A stretch of 36,917 nt of DNA from a virus (taxonomy: Duplodnaviria; Caudoviricetes), in the IMG/VR virus record IMGVR_UViG_3300031451_000008, positions 1 to 36,917 of that record; one strand, 5' to 3'. Under the pieces are notes generated by a model. It searched no databases. It was not told the origin of the DNA and saw only the letters and a list, made by a program, of their open reading frames with translations. The position numbers and the translations under genes are program-made. This document shows positions 24,394-33,201 of the stretch, in pieces (the stretch's first letter is position 1; every line of letters begins with the position of its first letter).

Positions 24394-27267
24394 ATGAGCG
24401 GCAACGGCGGGATGCGCGGCTTCTGGCAGGCGCTCACCAACCACACCGATAGTAAGTACCAGGGCGCGCAGTCCTCGGCCACGCTGATCGTCACGCGCAT
24501 CGACAAGGACAGCAATGGCGGCGTCCTCGCGGCCTATGGCACGCTGCAAGGGGAGGGCGATACCGAGTTTTATATGCCGCTGCGCGGGGCGAGCGCCGCC
24601 GTGGGCGATCACCTGCTCGGCACCTATCCGACGAATAACCCCGCCGGGGGCGAGCTCACCTACGTGCGCCATGTCTTCAGCAACGACCCGGCGGCGGGGC
24701 TGCTCGTGCCGGATGCGGACCTCCCCTCGCCGCAGTTCGCCACGGTGCCGTTCACCAGCGCCCTGGACGCCTCGACCGGCGGGATCAGCGCGTATATGGT
24801 GATCTACTTCATCGAGGTCGAGGCGCGCTACCAGCCGAGCGGCTACACGATCAGCTATCGCCCGTCGGGCGGCGACTGGACCGATCAGGCGGTGCCGAGC
24901 GGCGTCACGCAAGCACGGCTGTCCGCGCCGTTCCCGCCGGGCACCTACGTGGACGTAAAGCTGCGCGCGCGCTACAACTGGGCCTCGGCGGAGAGCATCC
25001 CGACCGATCCGCGCACTTTCCGTGCGGCGCTGGACGACATCACGCCGGGCGACGCGACCGCCGTGATCGTGGAGACGAACACGCCGGGCGGGCTCAACAT
25101 CTTCGCGGAGGGCACGCTCGACCCCGCGCATTTCGATCACTGGCGGTACGCGATCGCTACCAGCGGCGGTGGGGCGGGGCTGACGATACGGGACGGCAAT
25201 AGCCCGTACTTCTTCACCGGGGCGAGCGCGGACTACTACGTCGCCGCCAGCCCGGTGAGCAAGAGCGGCGTGGTCGGCGGGCGCTACCCCGGCGTCGGCT
25301 ACGCGGGGCCGTTCCGGCTCAACAACCCGGCGCAACCGCTCGACACCACGCCGCCGCCGGATTGGACCAGCGCGCCCGCCCTGGCGATGCAGCGGGTCGT
25401 GACCAACAACAACGGCGAGCAGGCGCAACTGACCATCACCCTCCCCACGTACCCCTACCCCGCCGACTACGCCGAGACGCTGGTCTACGTCGTCACCAAT
25501 ACGAACACGCAGGCTCCGACACAGCGCATCGCCCCAGGCGTCGGGAGTACGACGCTCTTTGTGCCGTTCGGCACGGTCAGCGTGACATTGCGCGGGCTGG
25601 ACAAGGCGGGGAACCTCAGCGCCAATCCCTCGCCCGCTGCGACCGCCGCGCTGCAACCGAGCGGGGCACCGCAGATCGCCCCGACGCTGGTTGTAAGCAC
25701 CTTCGCGCTGGCGATCAAACTGGACTGGAACGTGGTCCCCTATGCGCTGGCCTACGAGGTACAGCGCGCGCCCAACGTGAACGGGGCACCGGGGACGTTC
25801 GTGGACTTCGCCTCGCTCGACGCGCGCATGTACCTCGATACGCTGGTCAACGAGACGGTGGTGCTGCCGAGCTACTGGTATCAGGTGCGCGCGATCAACG
25901 CGCTCGGCAGCGGTCCGTACTCGGCCTACAAGCAGGGCTTCGCGGGCGCGGTGGACGCGCGCAACTTGCGCTTGCAGTCCGTCACGGCGGCGCAGATCGC
26001 CGCCGATGCCATCGCGGCCAACAATATCCAGGCGGGCGCGATTACGGCGGGGAAGCTCGCGGCGGACCTCGTGATCGCCTCGAATATCCGCACGGCCAAT
26101 AGCGGTGCGCGCGTCGAGATACACGGGCTGAAACCCGGCGAACCGAACCCGAACCAGATCAGGATGATCGATAACGGGGAAGTGCTGCGCGCGATCCTCA
26201 ACGGGACCGGGCTGTATTACTACAACAACGCGGGCAGCGTGCGCGCGCAGATCGACGGCCAGGGTGTGACCGCCTACGCACCGGGCGGACTGATCACGCT
26301 TGGTGACGTGAATAACGACGGTCTGCTCCTGGGTTCACCGGGATTCTCTGTTGCGCCGGGACAAGTCACGCACTGGCTGCTCGGGGCCGGCAATGTCGGG
26401 GTGTACCCGGTGCGCTATCACCTATCGGGCGGGGTCAACTTCTTCACCCTGCAACGCTACGACGACACGACGATGGTCTACGACCCGTCGATGGGCGGGG
26501 CGCGGATCGGCTATCGCGCCACCCAACTCGGCTTCGGCGGGGCGGGCGGAGCGCTCGACGCGTTCATCGCGAGAAGTTCGGCGGGGGTGATCGACGTCAT
26601 CGGTTCAATCCGCGCCGGGGACGGCGGCGCATACGTTACCAAGTTGCAACACACCACCGCGAACGCGCATCTCGACTGGTCGGCGGGTGGGGCCTACATC
26701 GGCTGGTTCAACAACCCGGCGCAGCAGGTTATCGTCGGCAACGGGGCGCAGGGCTACGGCCCGATCGCGGCCAGCGCGTTCAACGTCAACTCGACCACGC
26801 AGGACAAACAGAACATCGCAGACCCGTCTGGCATGTGGGCGAAGCTAGCCCAACTGCGCCCGCGCGCCTATCAACTCAAGTCTGACCCGACCGTGACGCG
26901 CTACGGTTTCGTGGCCGAAGAGGTCGCGGCGATCATGCCCGAGTTGGTGACGAAGCTCCCCGCCGCGCCCTACGCGGGTCCAGTTGCGCCCGAACTGTTG
27001 CCGCAAACAACGCCCGCGCTCGACGTATACGGGCTGGTGACGGCGGTCGCGGCGGGCCTAGTGGAGGCGGCGAAGGGGGCGACGGCGACGATCGCGGCGC
27101 AGGCCGCGACCATCCAGGGCCAGGGGACCAAGCTCGGCCAGGCGCAGGCGCGGCTCACGGCGCTGGAGGCGACGGTCGCGGACCTCGCGGCGCGTCTGGC
27201 GGCGGTCGAGGCGGCACTGGCGAAGGTGCCGGGATCGGGTTTCGTCGCGCCGAAGGTGACAGGATGA
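24394..27267 (+). CDS. Central tail fibre/tip protein with FN3 domains and C-terminal peptidase S74-type chaperone
   Basis: FN3 'LDWN.V..A..YEVQR','YWYQVRAINALG.GPYS'; 'ITA.KLAA' repeats; 'STTQDKQNI...LRP..Y......YGFVAEEV...MPELV' then coiled coil. Confidence 0.8.
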   Translation: MSGNGGMRGFWQALTNHTDSKYQGAQSSATLIVTRIDKDSNGGVLAAYGTLQGEGDTEFYMPLRGASAAVGDHLLGTYPTNNPAGGELTYVRHVFSNDPAAGLLVPDADLPSPQFATVPFTSALDASTGGISAYMVIYFIEVEARYQPSGYTISYRPSGGDWTDQAVPSGVTQARLSAPFPPGTYVDVKLRARYNWASAESIPTDPRTFRAALDDITPGDATAVIVETNTPGGLNIFAEGTLDPAHFDHWRYAIATSGGGAGLTIRDGNSPYFFTGASADYYVAASPVSKSGVVGGRYPGVGYAGPFRLNNPAQPLDTTPPPDWTSAPALAMQRVVTNNNGEQAQLTITLPTYPYPADYAETLVYVVTNTNTQAPTQRIAPGVGSTTLFVPFGTVSVTLRGLDKAGNLSANPSPAATAALQPSGAPQIAPTLVVSTFALAIKLDWNVVPYALAYEVQRAPNVNGAPGTFVDFASLDARMYLDTLVNETVVLPSYWYQVRAINALGSGPYSAYKQGFAGAVDARNLRLQSVTAAQIAADAIAANNIQAGAITAGKLAADLVIASNIRTANSGARVEIHGLKPGEPNPNQIRMIDNGEVLRAILNGTGLYYYNNAGSVRAQIDGQGVTAYAPGGLITLGDVNNDGLLLGSPGFSVAPGQVTHWLLGAGNVGVYPVRYHLSGGVNFFTLQRYDDTTMVYDPSMGGARIGYRATQLGFGGAGGALDAFIARSSAGVIDVIGSIRAGDGGAYVTKLQHTTANAHLDWSAGGAYIGWFNNPAQQVIVGNGAQGYGPIAASAFNVNSTTQDKQNIADPSGMWAKLAQLRPRAYQLKSDPTVTRYGFVAEEVAAIMPELVTKLPAAPYAGPVAPELLPQTTPALDVYGLVTAVAAGLVEAAKGATATIAAQAATIQGQGTKLGQAQARLTALEATVADLAARLAAVEAALAKVPGSGFVAPKVTG

Positions 27268-27512
27268 GCGCGATGGGCGATGCGTTGCCGACCTGCCCGC
27301 TCTGCGGCGCGGCGTGGCGACCGGGCGTGGACCGCTGGGTCGCGCTGCGGGCACTGGCCGGGTGCAAACCCGCGCGTGGGTGGGTCCATCTCGCGCCGTG
27401 CCGGGGCAAGCGGTATCGGCGCACCTGCACCTACGCCGATGGGATGCCGATTGTGCCGGAGGATGCGCGCCCGGTGGCGCTGGGCCGGGCGGACGGGCAC
27501 AGGGCGGCGTAG
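27264..27512 (+). CDS. Small CPxCG...H...C zinc-finger protein (paralogue B)
   Basis: ATGA overlap with fibre gene; 'CPLCG...GCKPARGWVH...RRTCTY'. Confidence 0.55.
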   Translation: MSAMGDALPTCPLCGAAWRPGVDRWVALRALAGCKPARGWVHLAPCRGKRYRRTCTYADGMPIVPEDARPVALGRADGHRAA

Positions 27513-27538
27513 GCGGTCACACGAGGCGACGCAGACAG

Positions 27539-27576
27539 GCGACACCCCCCGGCCATCAGGGCGCGGGGGGTGTCGC
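27539..27576. terminator. Hairpin between convergent genes
   Basis: GCGACACCCCCCG ... CGGGGGGTGTCGC 13-bp stem. Confidence 0.5.
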
Positions 27577-27762
27577 GCGTGGGCGACCACCCTGGCTACG
27601 TTTCGGTGTGGCGCGGTATAGCTCAACCTCGCGCCGTGTGACCTGCCAGACGCGGCTAAACTTCTTGCCATGCAACCGGCCCGCGATCAGCGCCCGTCGC
27701 ACGCTGCCCTCATCCATGCCGAGCAGTGCGGCGGCTTCGGCGACGGTTAGATAGTCCGGCAT
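27556..27762 (-). CDS. Excisionase-like (HTH_17/MerR-fold) DNA-binding protein
   Basis: 'YLTVAEAAALLGM....VRR.L..GRL.G.K....WQV....V..Y'; GGAGG RBS. Confidence 0.8.
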   Translation of the reverse strand: MPDYLTVAEAAALLGMDEGSVRRALIAGRLHGKKFSRVWQVTRREVELYRATPKRSQGGRPRATPPAP

Positions 27763-27831
27763 CGCGCCTCCCTTTTCGCCAGCGTTAGGATGCCATTGCT
27801 TGCTACGTCCACCTTGCGTTGGGGGCGGGGG

Positions 27832-28065
27832 TTACTTGGCATAGCTTTCGATGATCATCTGTGCGTGCTCCTGGCGCTCGTTGGCCCGCTTGTCGGCGGC
27901 GGCCAGCGTATCGGGGGAAAACCCACCCGCCTCGACCCACACGCCAGGCGTTGAGTTCGCCGACGCGGCAAGTTGCTGTCCTTCCGGCGAAGTCTGCGCC
28001 CAGTTGAGGAGGAAAGCCAACTGTTCGTCCGTCACGCCCGGGACTCCCGCCACTACCTTCTTCAT
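27832..28065 (-). CDS. Hypothetical 77-aa protein
   Basis: AGGAG RBS before ATG 28065; directly downstream of a leftward promoter. Confidence 0.55.
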   Translation of the reverse strand: MKKVVAGVPGVTDEQLAFLLNWAQTSPEGQQLAASANSTPGVWVEAGGFSPDTLAAADKRANERQEHAQMIIESYAK

Positions 28066-28116
28066 TGCCTTGTCTCCTCGCTCTCGGGTCGCTTTGTGCG
28101 GCCCTTTCATGTATCT

Positions 28117-28209
28117 ACTATAACACGTTATCGTGTAATGTCAATAGGCACGACCGGGCAATATTCTTCTCATAAAGAGCTTGACAAGACGCACGTTATC
28201 GTGTATTCT
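28117..28209. promoter_or_regulatory. Back-to-back sigma70 promoters, each with operator CACGTTATCGTGTA in the spacer
   Basis: - strand TTGACA(28139-44)-16-TATAGT(28117-22); + strand TTGACA(28181-86)-17-TATTCT(28204-09); 14-bp repeat at 28124-28137 and 28192-28205. Confidence 0.8.
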
Positions 28210-28283
28210 AATTACATGAAGAGCGGCGCACCCCACCAAGAGTAACGCCGCTCATAGCCCGCAAGGACCAAGGAGACTGTACC

Positions 28284-28715
28284 ATGACTACCACCCAGAT
28301 CGCCCGCCCCGCCCTCCGCTTCCTCTCCGCCGACACCACCACCGGGATCGTCGCCTACGCCGTGGCGAGCCAGCACGACGCCAGCCGCACCAACATCATC
28401 AGCATGGATACCACGAACGGCGCGACCTTCTGCACCTGCCGCGCGAGCGAGTGCAATCATGGTTGCTGGCACGAAGCGGCGATTGTCGCCGCCTGGGACG
28501 CCGAGCAGGCGCGGCAAGAGGTGGTGTGGCTCACCGACGCGCAGCTCGTCCGCTACGGCACGAAGGCGGCGCACATGGTCAACACCTACACCGCGCGCAT
28601 CGGGCGCAGCCGCCTCGCGGATCGGGTGGCGCTGCTGGTGGCGCGCGGCGAGTATCGGCGGCGGCGCGCGCTCGGTCTGATCGAGATGCCGGTCGCCGTC
28701 GCGCTGGCGGCGTAG
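28284..28715 (+). CDS. SWIM-type zinc-finger protein
   Basis: 'Y.V.S.......CTC.......CWH'; AAGGAG RBS. Confidence 0.7.
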   Translation: MTTTQIARPALRFLSADTTTGIVAYAVASQHDASRTNIISMDTTNGATFCTCRASECNHGCWHEAAIVAAWDAEQARQEVVWLTDAQLVRYGTKAAHMVNTYTARIGRSRLADRVALLVARGEYRRRRALGLIEMPVAVALAA

Positions 28716-28717
28716 CC

Positions 28718-28957
28718 ATGAACAAGCCTGCACCCTTCACCAACGCCGACGCGATCACCATCCTGGGGCGCGAGCGACTGATCGAACTCAGCGCGCAGAC
28801 CGGCCAGCCTTTCGGGATCGTGGTCCGCACGATCGTCCGCGCCGTGTGTGACGAGCACATGCGCCGCCGTTATCTCTCCTACGCCGTTCGCAACTGGGAC
28901 GGCGCGGGTATTCTCCGGCTCGCCGAACTGCTGTACGACTACGGCTTTGACGACTAG
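28718..28957 (+). CDS. Hypothetical 79-aa protein
   Basis: ATG 2 nt after upstream stop; followed by hairpin CGGGGCGCTC..GAGCGCCCCG (~28966-28995). Confidence 0.55.
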   Translation: MNKPAPFTNADAITILGRERLIELSAQTGQPFGIVVRTIVRAVCDEHMRRRYLSYAVRNWDGAGILRLAELLYDYGFDD

Positions 28958-29018
28958 ACACACACGCGGGGCGCTCCGACCGGCGAGCGCCCCGGCTGGA
29001 CAGGGAAAAGAGCAGAGC

Positions 29019-29234
29019 ATGGGCAGCGCCGAATACCCGGAGGACGCCGATATCCACGCTGAGGAGCAGTGGGAAACAGAGGGCGGACGGTACGGACATC
29101 GGGAGTACCGCCATGCCGACGGCACCGGCTGGCACGAGTATTGGGGCACGCGGATCGAGTCGTGGGAGACGCGCGTGTTTGGGACATTAGATGAGGCCCG
29201 GCGCTACGTCAACAGCCGCGCCGATCCCGACTGA
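29019..29234 (+). CDS. Hypothetical 71-aa protein
   Basis: ATG 29019; Trp/Tyr/acid-rich, ends 'FGTLDEARRYV'. Confidence 0.5.
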   Translation: MGSAEYPEDADIHAEEQWETEGGRYGHREYRHADGTGWHEYWGTRIESWETRVFGTLDEARRYVNSRADPD

Positions 29235-29264
29235 ACGACGGCGCACACAGCGTGCGCCCGAGAA

Positions 29265-29293
29265 TTGACGTTCCGGATATATAGTCGTATTCT
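29265..29293 (+). promoter_or_regulatory. Candidate sigma70 promoter of lysis operon
   Basis: TTGACG-17 nt-TATTCT in an AT-rich gap. Confidence 0.6.
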
Positions 29294-29324
29294 TGCCATA
29301 ACGGAATACATAGCGCTGCGTGAG

Positions 29325-29380
29325 ACAAGAGGCGCTGGGACGGCTGCGGGTGCGGCTGTGTCAGCGCCTTTGTTGTATTT
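29325..29380 (+). terminator. Leader terminator-like hairpin upstream of lysis operon
   Basis: AGGCGCTGG-G-ACGGCTGC-GGGT-GCGGCTGT-G-TCAGCGCCT then TTGTTGTATTT. Confidence 0.6.
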
Positions 29381-29437
29381 GGCGCAGGAACGGGAGCGGC
29401 GATGGTAGGGCGGCGCTACGTGGCGGTGATGTGATCG

Positions 29438-29647
29438 ATGGGACAGGACGTATTCGCAACGATTGTCGGTGGTGGCACGGCAGGGCTGATCACTTTCCTG
29501 CTCGCCGCCCTGCTGGGCGTGATGAAAGGGTGGTGGACGCCGGGTTATCTCTATCGCGCGTTGGAAGTCAAGCTCGCGCGCTACGAGGAAATGGCCTACA
29601 AGGCGATGACGCTGGCGGAACGCGCGTCGAAGGACGGTGCGGGATGA
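29438..29647 (+). CDS. Small membrane protein (holin-like)
   Basis: One TM helix, 'GWWTPG', then coiled coil; first gene of lysis block. Confidence 0.65.
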   Translation: MGQDVFATIVGGGTAGLITFLLAALLGVMKGWWTPGYLYRALEVKLARYEEMAYKAMTLAERASKDGAG

Positions 29648-29823
29648 TGCACTGGCTCGTCTGGTTGCTCGACTCTCTGGGTATCGCCCGCGACCCGTCG
29701 CGGCGGCTGGCAGTCCACGACGAACCAGAGCGCGACCTGGCGCGGCGACTGGCGGCACTGGACGCGACGATCGGGGCGCAGCAGCGCCGCAAGGCGAAAG
29801 AGGAGTACGACCGTGTACATTGA
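29644..29823 (+). CDS. Small hypothetical protein with hydrophobic N-terminus
   Basis: ATGA overlap; 'MMHWLVWLLDSLGI' then coiled coil. Confidence 0.55.
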   Translation: MMHWLVWLLDSLGIARDPSRRLAVHDEPERDLARRLAALDATIGAQQRRKAKEEYDRVH

Positions 29824-30403
29824 CTTGATCGAGACGGTCAGCCCGCCCGAAGTCCTCTGGACGCTGACCGGGGTGCTGGCGCTCTGCATCAATCTCTGGC
29901 TCCTGCGCGACGTGCAGCTCGACGCGCGCGCGCTCGACCGGCGGGGGCAGGACGGGGCGAAGAAAATCGCGGTGCGGACGGCCATCGGCATCCAGGCGGG
30001 CCTCACCGCCCCCCAGGTGATCGCGGTGGTGATCGGGGTGATCTCGATGCTCACCCCGCCGGACAACCCCGCCGCGCCAGTGACGCCACTGCTCGTCGTC
30101 GTGACGGTCGGTATCGTCACGATCGAGGCCCTCCTCACCCTGGTGGCGCTGTTCACGCGGGTTCGCCGCACGCAACTCCTCGACTACCTGGAGAGCGGCG
30201 GGCGGGACGTGAACGGATCACAACACGCCGAGACGATGGCGGAGTTGAGCCACAACACGGATGTCTCCACGGAGGCGCGCGACGCGGCGCAGCAGACCCA
30301 CGACGAGTTGACGACGGCGCTCCGCGAGAACACGGCGGTGACGATCGAGGCGCGCGACGAGGGGAAGAAACCGCCCCATGCCGATCGGGAGGGGGACCGA
30401 TGA
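29813..30403 (+). CDS. Three-TM membrane protein (lysis-associated)
   Basis: Three hydrophobic segments; duplicated 'L..NT.V..EARD' in the tail; AGAGGAG RBS. Confidence 0.65.
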   Translation: MYIDLIETVSPPEVLWTLTGVLALCINLWLLRDVQLDARALDRRGQDGAKKIAVRTAIGIQAGLTAPQVIAVVIGVISMLTPPDNPAAPVTPLLVVVTVGIVTIEALLTLVALFTRVRRTQLLDYLESGGRDVNGSQHAETMAELSHNTDVSTEARDAAQQTHDELTTALRENTAVTIEARDEGKKPPHADREGDR

Positions 30404-30828
30404 GCACGCCCATGCCGACCATACCGCACCATGATTACGTCTACCGGGCGTCCCTGGTTTCCTGTCACGATGCGGACACCCAAACATATGTTCTCGACCT
30501 TGGTTTCAATGTGCGCGTCAGGGTCAATATCCGCGTCCTCGGGATCAACGCGCCCGAACTCGCCACGTCGGAGGGCAAGGTGGCGCAGCAAGCGGCGCTC
30601 TCCTGGCTGATGGCGGCGGGAGCGGCGGAATGGCCGTTCGTGATCGCCAGCCAGAAGGCGGCCACGCCGATCGGCCCGGACAAATTCGGCGGGCGCTGGC
30701 TCGCCCAGGTGTGGCGGCAGAGCGACGGGCAGGAGCTGGGCGCGGCGCTGATCGCGGCGGGGCAAGCCGTGGCGTGGAGCGGGACAGGGCCGAAGCCGGT
30801 ACCGACACCGACAGGAGCGACAGCATGA
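30400..30828 (+). CDS. Thermonuclease (SNase-fold) family protein
   Basis: 'Y.YRA....HDADT....LDLGF......IRVLGINAPE', 'DKFGGRWLA.V', 'L...LIAAG.A'. Confidence 0.85.
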   Translation: MSTPMPTIPHHDYVYRASLVSCHDADTQTYVLDLGFNVRVRVNIRVLGINAPELATSEGKVAQQAALSWLMAAGAAEWPFVIASQKAATPIGPDKFGGRWLAQVWRQSDGQELGAALIAAGQAVAWSGTGPKPVPTPTGATA

Positions 30829-31496
30829 GCATCCAGACACACGGACTAGGCCGCATCGCAAAAACCGACGAGGGGGACGCGAACTATCCCCTTCGGGCGC
30901 TCCTCGCGCCCGCCCCCGCCCTGCCGACAAGCAAGTATTGGCGAACCGGCCCGATCTTGGACCAGCAGCAGACACCGATGTGCGTGGGGTTCTCCACTCG
31001 CCAGTGGCTCACATCATGGCCGGTGCCGGACAAGGGCGGCCCGAGCGCGCAGGACATCTATCGCGGCGCGCAGCTGAACGACGGCACGGCGGGCGAGAAC
31101 TACGACGGCACGGACGATCGCGGCGCGATGAAGTTTCTGCAAGTGCTCGGCTACGTCTCCGCCTATCACTGGACCGCCAACGCCGACGAGGCCGCGACCT
31201 ACGTGCTCACGCAGGGAACGTGCCTGATCGGGATCGACTGGTACGAGGGGATGTTTACCCCGGACGTGCATGGGGTGATCCGTCCGACCGGCGAGGTTGC
31301 GGGGGGGCACGAACTGCTGATCGTCGGCTACAACCGGACGCGCGGCCTGTTCCGGCTGTGCAACTCGTGGTCGAAGAACTGGGGACAGGCGGGTAAATGC
31401 TGGCTGGCCGGTGAGGACTTGCAGCGCCTGATCGACGCGGGCGGCGACGTCTGCGCGCCCGTGCAATCCCGCCCCGCCCAGGCGGTGACGCCATGA
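30825..31496 (+). CDS. Papain-like cysteine protease (peptidase C1 family)
   Basis: Oxyanion/catalytic 'DQ...PMCVGFS', 'GGHELLIVGY', 'NSWSKNWG..G'; ATG 30825 after AGGAG. Confidence 0.85.
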   Translation: MSIQTHGLGRIAKTDEGDANYPLRALLAPAPALPTSKYWRTGPILDQQQTPMCVGFSTRQWLTSWPVPDKGGPSAQDIYRGAQLNDGTAGENYDGTDDRGAMKFLQVLGYVSAYHWTANADEAATYVLTQGTCLIGIDWYEGMFTPDVHGVIRPTGEVAGGHELLIVGYNRTRGLFRLCNSWSKNWGQAGKCWLAGEDLQRLIDAGGDVCAPVQSRPAQAVTP

Positions 31497-32899
31497 CACT
31501 CGCCGATACCGCGATCCTCAACGGCACGCCGTCCGCGACCGAGGCGCAGGGCCGCGCCTATCTGCTCGCCACCAACGCGGCGCACGCGCGGGTGCGCGGG
31601 ATAGCGCCGCTCACCGCAACCGAGGCGACCACGATCGCGGCGGCGTACTGGCGGATCGGCGCGCGATACGGGATCGATCCGGTCCCCGCGCTGGCGCAAT
31701 CCATCCACGAGACGGCGGGATACACGTTCGGCAATCAGGTCAGCGCCGCTCAAAAGAACCCGGCGGGACTCGGCGCGACGAACGACGGCGCGGCGGGGGG
31801 CGGGTGGCGCGACTGGCCGCACGGGATTGAGGCGCACTATATCCACCTCCTGTGCTGGTGTGGCGACCCGCGCGGCGACGGCGATTATCGCTTCGACGCG
31901 GTGCGCGCCGGGATCATACGGCTCGGCAAGGCGACCACCTGGCGGAGCCTCGGCGGGCGCTGGGCGGTACCGGGCGTCGGGTACGGGGACGCGATCGAGA
32001 AACACTGGCAGGGCATCGTGGCGGCGCAGGCCGCGAAGGGAGGCACCATCGTGACGCCGCAGATCATCGACGTGAGAAGCCTGCTGCCGACCAATCCGAG
32101 CGGGGGCCAGGCGGGGCAGCCGGGCTATATGGGCTTCCCGGCGCTCTACGGTCCCAAGCGGGGCATCATCGTCCACTACAACGGCCCGGCGGTGAATCGC
32201 GCCTACGACCCGCTCCAGGCGCTGAGGGACGACGCGGCCTATCACATCGGGCCCTACCTCGGCGAGGGCGGCATCGCCTACCACTACGACATCGGCAACG
32301 ACGCGAGGATCCGCCTGTGCCGCGACCCGCGCGCGGTCCTGTGGCACTGCAAGTCGTGGCCGGAGAACGGGGCGTGGTACTCCGTCCACGTCATGATCGG
32401 GGACGGCCAGCGCGCCACGTCGGCGCAGTTGCAGGCGCTCGCGCAGTTGTGCCTCTATCTGGCCGAGCGCGACGGGTTCGACGACGGCAACGTGCAGGGG
32501 CATCAGGAGGTGAGCGCGACGAGTTGCCCCGGTTCCCTGATGGGCGACTTCGTGCTCCCCTGGCGGGCGGGGACGTTCCCGCTCGCGGCAGGCACGAGCG
32601 GCAAGGTGGAGGTGATCCCGGTGAGCAACTACGTGAAGTTCCCGGAGACGGGCAAGGGCATCATGAACGGCTTCCGCGACTACTGGGAGAGCCAGGGCGG
32701 GCTGCGCCACTTCGGCCTGCCCCTCACCGATGAGTTCGAGGAGGTCTGCGCGGACGGCGTGAAGCGCGTCGTGCAGTATTTCGAGCGCGCCGTCTTCGAG
32801 TGGCACCCGGACGCGCCTGCAGGCTACACGATCCAGGAGCGGCGCAGCGGGGCGCTCCTGGCGGTGGCGGCGGGGCTGCACGGCGCGGGGATCGACTGA
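31493..32899 (+). CDS. Modular endolysin: glucosaminidase-like + Amidase_2-like + Chloroflexi-type C-terminal module
   Basis: 'YGIDP..ALAQ..HET...NPAGLG'; 'IIVHY','IAYHY.I','WHC','GHQE...TSCPG'; 'FPETG...F.DYW...GGL..FG.P.TDE...VQYFERA.FEWHP'. Confidence 0.9.
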   Translation: MTLADTAILNGTPSATEAQGRAYLLATNAAHARVRGIAPLTATEATTIAAAYWRIGARYGIDPVPALAQSIHETAGYTFGNQVSAAQKNPAGLGATNDGAAGGGWRDWPHGIEAHYIHLLCWCGDPRGDGDYRFDAVRAGIIRLGKATTWRSLGGRWAVPGVGYGDAIEKHWQGIVAAQAAKGGTIVTPQIIDVRSLLPTNPSGGQAGQPGYMGFPALYGPKRGIIVHYNGPAVNRAYDPLQALRDDAAYHIGPYLGEGGIAYHYDIGNDARIRLCRDPRAVLWHCKSWPENGAWYSVHVMIGDGQRATSAQLQALAQLCLYLAERDGFDDGNVQGHQEVSATSCPGSLMGDFVLPWRAGTFPLAAGTSGKVEVIPVSNYVKFPETGKGIMNGFRDYWESQGGLRHFGLPLTDEFEEVCADGVKRVVQYFERAVFEWHPDAPAGYTIQERRSGALLAVAAGLHGAGID

Positions 32900-33201
32900 T
32901 GGACGTGCGGAGCAAGGGCAAACCAACCCAACTCGACAAGCCCGAGCCGCTGCCTTGCCTGCTCGGCATCGATCCCGAGACCGGCTATCTCGCGTTCGCG
33001 CGCTTCGACGTGCAACACACCAAGGCGGTGCAGGTGTGGCACCAGCGCGACGGCTGGCTGCCCGCCGTGAAGTGGCCCGCGACCGTCTCGCCCGAAGGGG
33101 GCTGGATCGGCTACATCCATGATCGCCATTACAAGGTCGTGACGACCGACTGGTATACCGGCGAATCGATCCTGCTCGACCTGGGAGAGGTGCCACGATG
33201 A
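32899..33201 (+). CDS. Hypothetical 100-aa beta-rich protein in lysis operon
   Basis: ATG 32899 overlaps endolysin TGA; stop overlaps next start. Confidence 0.6.
   Translation: MDVRSKGKPTQLDKPEPLPCLLGIDPETGYLAFARFDVQHTKAVQVWHQRDGWLPAVKWPATVSPEGGWIGYIHDRHYKVVTTDWYTGESILLDLGEVPR

Noticed and set aside
8472-26124. Many long antisense or alternate-frame ORFs (e.g. 12299..13936, 21504..24452, 21661..24003, 24046..26124)
   Set aside because: Arg/Pro/Gly-rich shadow ORFs expected from high GC3 coding on the + strand; no RBS or domain motifs
27556-27762. True prophage excisionase marking an att site
   Set aside because: No integrase or att-like repeat nearby; the HTH family is mostly regulatory and the adjacent operators explain it better
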